Source: Mobula hypostoma
Lineage: Eukaryota
NCBI RefSeq assembly: GCF_963921235.1
Contig: NC_086097.1
Location: 8,494,001 to 8,558,000, forward strand
DNA length: 64,000 bases
Direction of reading: 5' to 3'
Shown here piece by piece: positions 13,071-24,480 of this stretch. A program made the translations under genes and the position numbers. The notes beneath the pieces were generated by a model that was not told where the DNA came from, made no database searches, and was given only the letters and a program-made list of their open reading frames with translations. The first letter of the stretch is position 1, and each line of letters starts with the position of its first letter.

Positions 13071-14194
13071 TATATTTAGCTAGGATGTCTAAAACTTTTA
13101 CACAGTTCTGTAGTAATGATATGGGTCTCTGTTGTGAAATGAGTGAGGGAAAGAGGAACTATGGTTCAGGAAAGGGGAAGGGAGAGGGGAAGGAGTGGGA
13201 AATACCAGAGAAGCATTCTGTATTGATCAATAAACTAATTTTTTGGAATCAAGTGCCCTTGCCTGGTGTCTCAGGGTTGGGTGTGTCTCCATCAGTGCCA
13301 TCCCGTCTGCCCCTGGCATTCTTTCTCTGCCAGCTGACCCAAACCTCTCATGCAGCATTCCACCCTTACCAGTCCAAGCCTCCTTTGCTCCCGTTGGATT
13401 TATAAACTCGCTCTCTGCACCATGTTGACAAATACAGAAAAGCACAAAAGTCTTAGACACCATCGCTATATACACAGTACATGCCCCTATGACCTTTGTA
13501 CAGTATTGTATCTATAAAAGTCTAAAATGTAGGTGCTAGACTTTGGCTACTTGCGTGTCTTAGTAACAGGTCACAGCAGAAATCCACAATCACTGGGTTC
13601 ACATCACTAGTACACAAAAGGAGACAGTCAGTTTTCATGTGTAGGTGTTTTGACACATTCTATCCTCATCCACTGTTCCAGCTCTTGACAAATATTTCAG
13701 CTTAGTATGTTTCTAACTGTAATTTTTGGTTGTTTTTATTATAATATTCCAATGTACTGCTGCTGCAAAACAACAAATTTCACAACATATGCCAGTGATA
13801 TTAAACCAGATTCTGATTCTGAACTAAATGCATTTTTGGGGGTGAGACTGTGATGTAGTAGTTAGTACTCCTATGTGCCAGCTTCAGGGATTTGGAGTCT
13901 ATCCTGACCTTGGTACATCCATACGTAGTTTGCAGGTTCTCCCTGTGGCCACACAGCTTGCTGACAGGTACTTTGCTTTTTCATCCCATCTCAGAAGCAT
14001 TCTCAAAGGTTCATTAGCCATTGTGATTTGTCCTTAAGAGTTTTTCTAAGAGTCAAAATGATCAAAGAAGAAGTCGAGGAGCACATGAGTTGGAGAGTTA
14101 CGGAAAAATAAGGAGAGGAAACATGGGAATGAAGGCTTTGCTTTGCTGCAAACCTCCATAGACTTGATGGGCTGAATGGCTTCATTCTGTAAGC

Positions 14195-14570
14195 TTCATC
14201 ATTATCATTAAGTGCTATGTTTTATGACGTGGGTGATCATGGTTTTTCCCTGACTATGATTGTTCTTGGTAAATTTTTCTTCAGAAATGGTTTGTCATTG
14301 TCTTCTTCTTTAGAAGACAGGTGACCCCAGCCATTATCAACACACTTCAGAAATTGACTGCCTGGCATCAGTGGTTGCATAACCAGGACTTGTGATATTC
14401 ACCAAATGCTCACACGATCATCCACCAACTGCTCCCATGGCTTCACATGTCCCTGATCAGAGGGTCTAAGCAGGTGCTACGCCTTGCCCAAGGGTGACCT
14501 GCGGACTAGCGGAGGGAAGAAATGTCTTACACCTCCGTCAGTAGAGATGCATCGCCACCCTGCTATCCAT
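14195..14570 (-). mobile_element. Non-autonomous RTE-related retroposon
   Basis: Homologous to 61468-61840(+); RTE-type gaagacaatgacaaacca segment and short (atg)-like tail. Confidence 0.6.
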
Positions 14571-14619
14571 CTGTAAACTAATTGGCCCAATATTTGGGCT
14601 ACATTCTTGCATTTGCAAA

Positions 14620-14965
14620 GGAACTTTGGATAATTCCAAGATAATTTATAAGCAGTGGAATAATCTTGAAATGCAGCAATTGTAATCAAAGTAACAGAAC
14701 AGCCAGAATTTTACACAATAAACACAGCTGTAGTGAATTTGAAGGATACACATTGACTTAAACAGTGGTACTATCTCTTCTGCTCTTCTTCAGACTCATG
14801 CCAGGGGATCTTAACCTCTCCTTTGAGGCTTTAATTTAAAGTTTCACCCAAAAGCTATCACCTGTGACAATGGAACTGTTCAATCAGAATGTAACGCTTA
14901 AGACTTTGTAATGGAATACTGAATCACTATCTGCTGACACAGAGGTGAAAGATCTACTCGCCCAC
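14620..14965 (-). mobile_element. Ancient Deu-domain-like SINE remnant
   Basis: tttaaagtttcacccaaaagctatcacctgtgacaatg...ctgacacagaggtgaaag resembles the reverse strand of AmnSINE/SacSINE-type SINEs; highly diverged. Confidence 0.4.
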
Positions 14966-15344
14966 TGCAGCTTACTTGAAGTGACACCAGACGCAACTGG
15001 AAGCCTTTCCAATTGGTTGCCACAGAAGTGTAGATGTTAGTGTGACGCTATTACAGCTCGAGAGGTTACAGAGTTTGGAGTTCAATTCCGGCATCGTCTG
15101 TAAGGATTTGTAAATTCTCTCCATGAGCGAGTGGGTTTTATCTGGGTGCTCTAGTTTGCTCCCACAGTCCAAAGACGTACCGGTTAGTAGGTTAATTGGT
15201 CATTGTAAATTACGAGGTAAGTTTCTGCGTGGTGCAGCTTGTTGGGTCAGAAGGGCTTGCTCTATGCTGTATCTCTAAGTAAATAACTAGAAATTTAATG
15301 CAGAACAAGAGAACTTTGGTATTTGGAGGGAACTCCTCTCCACC

Positions 15345-15632
15345 CCCCCCCCCCCCGGTTCTCTGTACCTTTTATCACCTGCCTTTCAACTCCCCATGGA
15401 CCCCCTCCTCCTTCCTCTTCTCCTATGGTCCACTCTCCCATCAGATTCTTTCCTCTCCAGTCCTTCACCTTTCCCACCCACCTGCCTTCACCCATCACCT
15501 CCCCCACATTTTTTATTCTGGCGTCTTCACAGTCCTGAATAAGAGTGTTGGCCTGAAATGACAACTGTTTATTCATTTCCATAGATGCTGCCTGGCCTCC
15601 TGAGTTCCTCCAGCATTTTGTGTGTGTTGCTT
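15345..15632 (+). mobile_element. Penelope pseudo-LTR, decayed
   Basis: Pyrimidine-rich body, degenerate hammerhead at about 15530-15567, then catagatgctgcctggcc. Confidence 0.7.
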
Positions 15633-16000
15633 TCGTATAAACTGGTAGAGCTCTGACTTATATAATTGTCAAATTGTTAAGATGCAGAATAAGGCTGATA
15701 GGTGCCGTGTTAGCACCTTGAAGATCAGTCCCATTAACCCCTTTCCTCTTCTGCCTCTCGAGAGCCCTGCAGAATTTACAGCCACAAAATGATTCTGTTT
15801 TTGCAGTCTCTGCAAGCAGTGATCCCATATCAGAATACTTCTAATTAAGAAAGCTTTTTCTCAATTCCCCTTTGCTTCTTTTTCACAACGTTTTAATTTT
15901 GTTGTTGGTAAATGGAATAGCTACACTATATTTCTACTTCCGCACACTTTGGACCAATGCCGTGGAATGCTTTTACACACAGCTGAATGCCAGGATGATA

Positions 16001-17075
16001 TCCGATGTAAGATGGCAGCACATTCGATTGCAGTGCCTTCTGTGGGGTCAACCAAAGGTGTTATTGTCTTTTTTTAAAAGTGTTTTTTATGATCACAAGA
16101 TCCTGATGGATATTAAGAACTTAAAGTACTGCAGGTCTACCCCCACCCCCATCAGCAAGTTGATCATTGCTGGTGGAAGAGAAAGGAGCTGGACTTGATG
16201 TGAATTGTGCTGCTGCTTGTGTCGGAGAGGCACCGGAGGAGTCAGGGCACAAAGAAGGTGTGCCGTTTAACAGTGAGTGATTGTCTTTGTCTCTGTAGCC
16301 CCCCTGGCCCACTTCAGGGTCACTCGGCTCGCTGTCGTGTAGGGAAGCAGCCCTTGGCCCCGCCAAACTAGGTAATAAGTTTGTGTGGATGCTGTGTGAT
16401 GTACCCCACCCCGCCCAAATAACAGACAATACACCAGATACGATTAAATGATTTACAGTTTATAGATATTACTGGAACTATATAATTAATAGAGAATAAA
16501 ATATAAAAGGAAAATAAAAGACGCCACACTTATCAAAATTCAATCTCTTCGTGCGCTAACAACTGGAGCTCAGGACCCTTCTTTTTCACCCTGCGATCCC
16601 TCGGACCACTGCGACCGGTCGCCTGGGACCAACAACGGTGGTCACCCAGACGCTCCACACGAGTCCGTCTCCGTCTCCTCTCCTCGCTGAATGCCCTGCT
16701 TGGAGTCCGACCCCATTAGCGGACCTCACAGCATCTGGCCCATCCTCTGTCTCTCTCTCCCGCCTTCTCCCCCCAAAAACCCCGCGCATACAATATCTTA
16801 CAGATACACCAAAAACATAACAACTATCCCAATTGGTTCATAACATCTTCTCATCAGTAACGTGATTCAACAAACTGCTAGCGGGAGGACTTTCTCAGCA
16901 TTTAACATAACAAAGAAGCATTCCAAAGTATAACATAACAAAAAAGCCATTTTAATTAGCCTACACAGTAACATAAGAGACAAAACCTCCTTACATCTCT
17001 TTTCCTGGGATCCTAAGACTTGTTGGACATTGTTAATGTGGAATGCTGCAAGTTCAATTCATTTATTTATTGGCA
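16001..17075 (+). mobile_element. Putative non-autonomous retroposon with AAGATGGC head, split by a solo LTR
   Basis: tccgatgtaagatggc 5' end like 50529; 3' boundary approximate. Confidence 0.4.
16294..16995 (-). mobile_element. Solo LTR, 4-bp TSD
   Basis: TGTA...TACA termini, TSD tctc; shares gcatccacacaa...gtttggcggggcca with the 21114-25046 and 36513-37083 LTRs. Confidence 0.85.
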
Positions 17076-17596
17076 GCTGCAGTGTCAACTGCTTACCCAC
17101 CAAAAAGAGATAACCTTTTCTCCATTTAGGTAATGGACTATTGTTCCTTATGTCAAAATGCATTATCATATAATAACCAACACTGTCATTTTTTTGCCCA
17201 TTCTCCCAATCTGTTTAAGTCCTGCTGCAATCACATCGCTTCCACAGCTCTACCCACCCCTCCACCTATCTTCATATCATCCACAAACTTTGCCACAAAA
17301 CTATCAGTTCCAATATCTAAATCACTGACAAACAACATGAAAAGAAGTGGTCCCAATAATGACCCTTGAGGAACATCACTAATCACAGGCAGTCAACCAG
17401 AAAAGCCCTCCTTTTTTCCCACTTACTGTCTCCTGCCTGTCAGCCATTCTGCTATCCCTGCCAGTATATTTCTTGTAAAGCCATGGGATTTTATCTTTAA
17501 ACAACAGGAATTCTGCAGATGCTGGAAATTCAAGCAACACACATCAAAGTTGCTGGTGAACGCAGCAGGCCAGGCAGCATCTCTAGGAAGAGGTAC

Positions 17597-17632
17597 AGTC
17601 GACGTTTCAGGCCGAGACCCTTCGTCAGGACT
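17597..17632 (-). ncRNA. Minimal type I hammerhead ribozyme (mirror copy)
   Basis: Exact reverse complement of 17678-17713. Confidence 0.8.
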
Positions 17633-17677
17633 AACTGAAGGAAGAGTTAGTAACTCTTATTAACTCTTCCTTCAGTT

Positions 17678-17713
17678 AGTCCTGACGAAGGGTCTCGGCC
17701 TGAAACGTCGACT
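17678..17713 (+). ncRNA. Minimal type I hammerhead ribozyme
   Basis: agtc-CTGACGA-agg(gtctcgg)cct-GAAA-cGTC-gact: stem I agtc/gact, intact core, near-absent palindromic stem III as known for Penelope hammerheads. Confidence 0.8.
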
Positions 17714-18364
17714 GTACCTCTTCCTAGAGATGCTGCCTGGCCTGCTGCGTTCACCAGCAACTTTGATGTGGATTTTATCTTTACCTCGTTCAGCAGCCGC
17801 TTGAGTGGCACCTTATCAAATGCCTTCTGAAAATCCAAGTAAGCGGATTTTATCCAAGTAAAAGAAGATGCACCTTATCACTGCCTCTCCTTTGTCCACC
17901 CTGCTTGTTACGTCCTCGAAGAACTTTAACAGATTTGTCAGGTAAGATTTCCCTTAACAGGGACTGTTAAGAATGCTGACTTTGAATTTTTATCATTAGT
18001 CTCCAAGTACTTCAAAACCTCATCCTTAACATTCCTTCATCTCTGTCTGCCCATACAATTGTACACAGGTAACGAAGGATTCTTCATTGCTGTTTCTCTA
18101 ACAATTTATTTTGACCAGTCAGGGTTGGTAGCCCTGAGCTCAATCCCAAACCTGGAGGACCAGTGGACCACTCAGTCTGTCCTCTGCCCTTTGACCTGTT
18201 TGGCATGGGTGACCCTACCAGGAGTCAAAGCACAAGGCCCTTACACCAGCCAGCCTAGCTCTCAATGTCAATGAGGTACTTAAGCCTCCAAACCCTACGA
18301 CAAGATTGTGGTCCTCTTGTTTGAATGTTAAGAAAACTTAAACTTGAATGTGTGATCCTTTTGC

Positions 18365-19751
18365 AACTAGCCAGTTAGTTTAACATCTGTAGTTGGGAAG
18401 ACGCTTGAAGCTATCATAAAAGAAGAAATAGCAGCTGGAAAGATATCAATCTATCAGGCAGATGCAGCAAGGATTCAGCAAGGGTAGGTCCTGTTTGACA
18501 AACTTCCTGGAGTTCTTTGAGGATATAACGAGCGCAGTGGGTAGAGGGGAACAGATGGATGTTACTTGGATTTCCAGAAGGTGTTCAATAAGGTGCCACA
18601 CAAAAGAGTTACCCATCAGATAAGGATGCATCGAGTTGGGGGTGATTTGTATTAACATGGTTAGAGGATTGGTTAACCAATAAAAAGCAGAGAATTGGGT
18701 TACATGGGTGTTACTCTGGTTGGCAATCAGTGGTGTGCCCCAGGGGTTAGTGCTGGGTCCACAACTGTTCATGATATGCATTATCAATCTGGAAGAGGGG
18801 TCTGAGTGTAGTGTATCTAGGTTTGCTGCTGACACTAAATAGAGTGGAAAAGCAAATTGTGCAGAGTATGCAGAGAGTCTGCAGAGAGGTATAAACAGGG
18901 TAAGTGAGTGGGCAAGGGTCTGGCAGATAGAGTACAATGTTGATAAATGTGAGGTCATCCATTTTGGAAGGGAAAATAGAAGACCAGGTTATGATTTAAA
19001 TGGTAAAAGATTACAACATGCCACTGAGAAGAAGGACTAGGGAGTGTTTGTGCATGAGTTGCAAAAAGTTGGTTTGCAGGTACAGCAGGCTATCATGAAG
19101 GCAAATGGAATGTTAGTCTTTATTGCTAGAGGGATTGCGTTTAAGAGTAGGGAGGTTATGCTGCAACTGTATAGGGTACTGCTGAGGCCACATCTGGAGT
19201 ACTACATGCATTTCTGGTCTCCTTACTTGAGGAAGGATATACTGGCTGTCGAGGCACTGCAGAGGATGTTCACCAGGTTGATTCCATAGATGAGAGGGTT
19301 AGACTATGAGGAGAGATTGAGTCACCTGCGATTGTACTCACCGGAATTCCAAAGAATGAGAGAGATCTTATAGAAACATAAAATTATAAAAGGGATAGAT
19401 AAGATAAAGGCAGCAAAGTTGTTTTCACTGGTAGGTGAGACTAGAAATAGGGGACATAGCTCAAGATTCAGTGAAGTAGATTTGGGATGGAGATGAGGAG
19501 GAGCTGCTTTTCCCAGAGAATGGTGAATCTGTGGAATTTTCTGCCTAATAAAGCAGTGCAGGCTACCTCAGTAAGTATAATTAAGACAAGGTTGGTTAAA
19601 TTTTTGCATAGTAGGAGAATTCAGGATTATGGGGAAAAGGCAGGTAGGTGGAGATGAGTCCATGGCCAGATCAACCATGATCTTATTGGATGGCAGAGCA
19701 GGCTCGATGGGCCGGATGGTCTACTCCTGCTCTCGTTTCTTATGTTCTTAT
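18365..19751 (+). mobile_element. CR1 LINE, 5'-truncated, decayed
   Basis: QGFSKGRSCLTNFLEFFED, LQLYRVLLRPHLEY; ttcttatg tail. Confidence 0.9.
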
Positions 19752-19965
19752 AACCACTCATTGAATGATGCAATAGTGAGGTCTGAGGATTCTCTGTGAA
19801 ACAGGAAAACTTGGATTTCCAATCCAGATATTAAAAAAAGAAAAAGAATTGCTGGAAATACTCAACACTTCAAGGAGTATCTGTGGGAAAATGAACCAGA
19901 ATTAAGATTTAGGATGGATACCTGGAAAAGTGAGAACATAAATTAGTTTCATGTTGCAGAGAGGT

Positions 19966-20116
19966 GAGGCCAGAATGGAGAGAAATATCTTTCATACATT
20001 GAGGCTAGGATGAAGAGGAATATCTCGCATACATTGAGGCCAGGACGGAGAGGAATATCTCTCATTGATTGAGTCCAGGATGGAATGGAATATCTCTCAT
20101 ACATTGAAGCTAGGGT
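19966..20116. repeat. 35-bp minisatellite, about 4.3 copies
   Basis: Units gaggccaggatggagaggaatatctctcatacatt starting at 19966, 20001, 20036 and 20071. Confidence 0.9.
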
Positions 20117-21526
20117 TGCCAAAGTGATCTGGTTGTGTACTGGGCACCTAACTGCTAGATTAATGACAAAATTTAACGAGAACAAGGTAAGGGACATTAA
20201 AGCTGTGAAACATGGGTCATAGCTCACAGTCTGTGGATTTCTCTAACAGATGTTTGTGTGAGGTTAACATTGTACTTTCAAAGAAAATATCCCTAATTTC
20301 AAAACAGTGTGTCTTGAACTGAATACTCATGTCATGCAGAATAAAGGAATGGAATGAAGAAAAAAGTTACAATGAAAATGCTCAGATTTCTTGAAAGCAA
20401 ATCCACGTATTTCCTTCAATATAATGAGCATACCTCATGAAATCTGATGATCTAAGACTTCTGCTTTTCTTAAACTCAGCATTTGATTTGTTTTTTTTTT
20501 GCTTTCTTTGGATTCAAACTATACATTTTGCAACACAGCCATAACTAACATCCTTTATCCTCTGTGTGCGGGTGTATGTTAAAACAGATTTCTGTTTTTA
20601 GTACTCCAACATCAATACTACTTTTACTGCCACTGTCTATTTAGCCTTTTCAGATCAGTAAAAAAAAGTTCAACTTATAAAATCTCAATATCCTCTTGGG
20701 CTTAGAGTGGAGGATGAAGGTTTTATGAACGTATAAATTGGCTGGACTCTGTTTTATTGAATTGGGGTCCTTCAGGTACTCTTGTTTAACTTGTGGAAAA
20801 TAATCAATAATTAGATATCAAGTTAAAATTCAGGCTAGAAGCTATACTCATGCATATTCTTCCAGTCACCTACTGGAAGGAATTTTCTAGTGAACAATTT
20901 TTCTTCAATCACACATCCCCACCCCTTATAACTTCTTTCAGTTAATCTCTGAAAGACTGATGGGGCTTGTCAGCCATGGTAAGCAGCTCATCTAGGAGAA
21001 GGAAAAGTTCCTGGGAGTTCACATCATGGATGACGTCACCTGGTCCCTTAATATCACCTCCCTGAACAAGAAGACTCAACAGCACCTGCACTTCCCAAGA
21101 AGATTGTAGCGAGTGTAACACGTTGTAAAGTTCACCGCTAAGGATAATGTAATGGTTTCTATGTAAAGTTCCACTGTTAAGGTAATGGTTTCTCTGGAGC
21201 AGCAATGTTTGGGTTATGACTAGAGATAACGGGACTTTGGAATAGAAACATAGTAAATAGGTACAGGAGTAGGCCATTCGGCCCTTCGAGCCTGCACCGC
21301 CATTTATTATGATCATGGCTGATCATCCAACTCAGAACCCTGCACCAGCCTTCCCTCCATACCCCCTGATCCCCGTAGCCACAAGGGCCATATCTAACTC
21401 CCTCTTAAATATAGCCAAATGAACTGGCCTCAACTGTTTCCTGTGGCAGAGAATTCCACAGAATCACCAATCTCTGTGTGAAGAAGTTTTTCCTAATCTC
21501 AGTCCTAAAAGGCTTCCGCTTTATCC

Positions 21527-24364
21527 TCAAACTGTGACCCTCGTTCTGGACTTCCCCAACATCGGGAACAATCTTCCTGTATTTAACCCGTCCAATCCCT
21601 TTAGGATTTTATACGTTTCAATCAGATCCCCCCTCAATCTTCTAAATTCCAACGAGTACAAGCCTAGTTCATCCAGTCTTTCTTCATAGGAAAGTCCTGC
21701 CATCCCAGGAATCAATCTGGTGAACCTTCTTTGTACTCCCTCTATGGCAAGGATGTCTTTCCTCAGATTAGGGGACCAAAACTGCACACAATACTCCAGG
21801 TGTGGTCTCACCAAGGCCTTGTACAACTGCAGTAGTACCTCCCTGCTCCTGTACTCAAATCCTCTCGCTATAAATGCCAGCATACCATTCACCTTTTTCA
21901 TCGCCTGCTATACCTGCATGCCCACTTTCAATGACTGGTGTATAATGACACCCAGGTCTCGTTGCACCTCCTCTTTTCTTAATCGGCCACCATTCAGATA
22001 ATAATCTGTTTTCCTATTTTTGCCACCAAAGTGGATAACTTCACATTTATCCACATTAAATTGCATCTGCCATGAATTTGCCCACTCACCCAACCTATCC
22101 AAGTCACCCTGCATCCTCTTAGCATCCTCCTCACAGCTAACACTGTCGCCCAGCTTCGTGTCATCCGCAAACTTGGAGATGCTGCATTTAATTCCCTCAT
22201 CCAAGTCATTAATATATATTGTAAACAACTGGGGTCCCAGCACTGAGACTTGCGGTACCCCACTAGTCACTGCCTGCCATTCTGAAAAGATCCCGTTTAT
22301 TCCCACTCTTTGCTTCCTGTTTGCTAACCAATTCTCTATCCACATCAATACCTTACCCCCAATACAGTGTGCTTTAAGTTTGCACACTAATCTCCTGTGT
22401 GGGACCTTGACAAAAGCCTTTTGAAAATCCAAATATACCACATCCACTGGTTCTCCCCTATCCACCCTACTAGTTACATCCTCAAAAAATTCTATGAGAT
22501 TCATCAGACATTGTTTTCCTTTCACAAATCCATGCTGACTTTGTCCGATGATTTCACCGCTTTCCAAATGTGCTGTTATCATATCTTTGATAACTGACTC
22601 CAGCAGTTTCCCCACCACCGACGTTAGGCTAACCGGTCTATAATTCCCCAGTTTCTCTCTTCCTCCTTTTTTAAAAAGTGGAGTTACATTAGCCACCCTC
22701 CAATCCTCAGGAACTAGTCCAGAATCTAACGAGTTTTGAAAAATTATCACTAATGCATCCACTATTTCTTGGGCTACTTCCTTAAGCACTCTAGGATGCA
22801 GACCATCTGGCCCTGGGGATTTATCTGCCTTTAATCCCTTCAATTTACCTAACACCACTTCCCTACTAACATGTATTTCGCTCAGTTCCTCCATTTCACT
22901 GGACCCTCTGTCCCTTACTATTTCTGGAAGATTATTTATGTCCTCCTTAGTGAAGACAGAACCAAAGTAATTATTCAATTGGTCTGCCATGTCCTTGCTC
23001 CCCATAATCAATTCACCTGTTTCTGTCTGTAGGGGACCTACATTTGTCTTTACCAGTCTTTTCCTTTTTACATATCTATAAAAGCTTTTACAGTCAGTTT
23101 TTATGTTCCCTGCCAGTTTTCTCTCATAATCTTTTTTCCCCTTCCTAATTAAGCCCTTTGTCCTCCTCTGCTGAACTCTGAATTTCTCCCAGTCCTCAGG
23201 TGAGCCACTTTTTCTGGCTAATTTGTATGCTTCTTCTTTGGAATTGATACTATCCCTAATTTCTCTTGTCAGCCACGGGTGCACTACCTTCCTTGATTTA
23301 TTCTTTTGCCAAACTGGGATGAACAATTGTTGTAGTTCATCCATGCAACCTTTAAATGCCTGCCATTGCATATCCACCGTCAATCCTTTAAGTGTCATTT
23401 GCCAGTCTATCTTAGCTAATTCACGTCTCATACCTTCAAAGTTACCCCTCTTTAAGTTCAGAACCTTTGTTTCTGAATTAACTATGTCACTCTCCATCTT
23501 AATGAAGAATTCCACCATATTATGGTCACTCTTACCCAAGGGGCCTCTCACCACAAGATTGCTAATTAACCCTTCCTCATTGCTCAAAACCCAGTCTAGA
23601 ATAGCCTGCTGTCTAGTTGGTTCCTCGACATGTTGGTTCAAAAAACCATCCCACATACATTCCAAGAAATCCTCTCCCTCAGCACCTTTACCAATTTGGT
23701 TCACCCAGTCTACATGTAGATTGAAGTCACCCATTATAACTGCTGTTCCTTTATTGCACACATTTCTAATCTCCTGTTTAATACCATCGCCGACCTCACT
23801 ACTACTGTTAGGTGGCCTGTACACAACTCCCAACAGCGTCTTCTGCCCCTTAGTGCTATGCAGCTCTACCCATATCGATTCCACATCTTCCCGGCTTATG
23901 TCCTTCCTTTCTATTGCGTTAATCTCATCTTTAACCAGCAACGCCACCCCACCTCCCCTTCCTTCATGTCTATCCCTCCTGAATATTGAATATCCCTGAA
24001 CGTTGAGCTCCCATCCTTGGTCACCCTGGAGCCATGTCTCTGTGATCCCAACTATATCATAATCATTAATAATAATCTGCACTTTCAATTCATCCACCTT
24101 GTTACGAATGCTCCTTGCATTGACACACAAAGCCTTCAGGCGCTCTTTTACAACTCTCTTAGCCCTTATACAATTATGTTGAAAAGTGGCCCTTTTTGAT
24201 GCTTGCCCTGGATTTGTCAGCCTGCCACTTTTACTTTTCTCCTTACTACTTTTTGCTTCTACCCTCACTTTACACCCCTCTGTCTCTCTGCACTGGTTCC
24301 CATCCCCCTGTTGTGAACTAACCTCCTCTCGCCTAGCCTCTTTAATTTGATTCCCACCCCTCAA
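21527..24364 (-). pseudogene. CR1 ORF2: APE endonuclease + reverse transcriptase, near intact
   Basis: 818-aa open frame (NARSIRNK, GITETW, MGDFN, SDH, NYRPVSLTS, FADD), one in-frame stop at about 21908, a further 124 aa, then a frameshift near 21540. Confidence 0.95.
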
Positions 24365-24369
24365 CCATT

Positions 24370-24480
24370 CTAGTTTAAAGTCACCTCAGTAGCCCTCGCT
24401 AATCTCCCTGCCAGGATATTGGTCCCCCTAGGATTCAAGTGTAACCCGTCCTTTTTGTACAGGTCACGCCTGCGCCAAAA
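24370..24480 (-). pseudogene. CR1 ORF1 C-terminus (SGNH esterase-like)
   Basis: Hand translation FWRRRDLYKKDGLHLNPRGTNILAGRLARATEVTLN*, containing the DGLH motif. Confidence 0.85.

Larger units (their letters stand above)
17500..17770. mobile_element. Inverted pair of Penelope pseudo-LTR ends, 14-bp TSD
   Basis: Perfect inverted arms 17540-17649 and 17661-17770; TSD ggattttatcttta at 17486-17499 and 17770-17783. Confidence 0.92.
17125..18030 (-). mobile_element. CR1 RT fragment interrupted by a Penelope palindrome
   Basis: DFQKAFDKVP, VPQGSLLGPLLF and KFVDD on the minus strand. Confidence 0.85.

Noticed and set aside
14460..14565. HDV-like ribozyme at the RTE-related 5' end (gggtggc/gtcaccc pairing on the minus strand)
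   Set aside because: A P1-like helix exists, but P2, P3/L3 and J4/2 could not be placed.
19966..20116. CRISPR-like 35-bp repeats
   Set aside because: No spacers, no cas genes, eukaryotic context.
23223..23999. 258-aa plus-strand ORF
   Set aside because: Antisense shadow of CR1 ORF2; similar shadows occur at 7126-7524 and 22020-22424.
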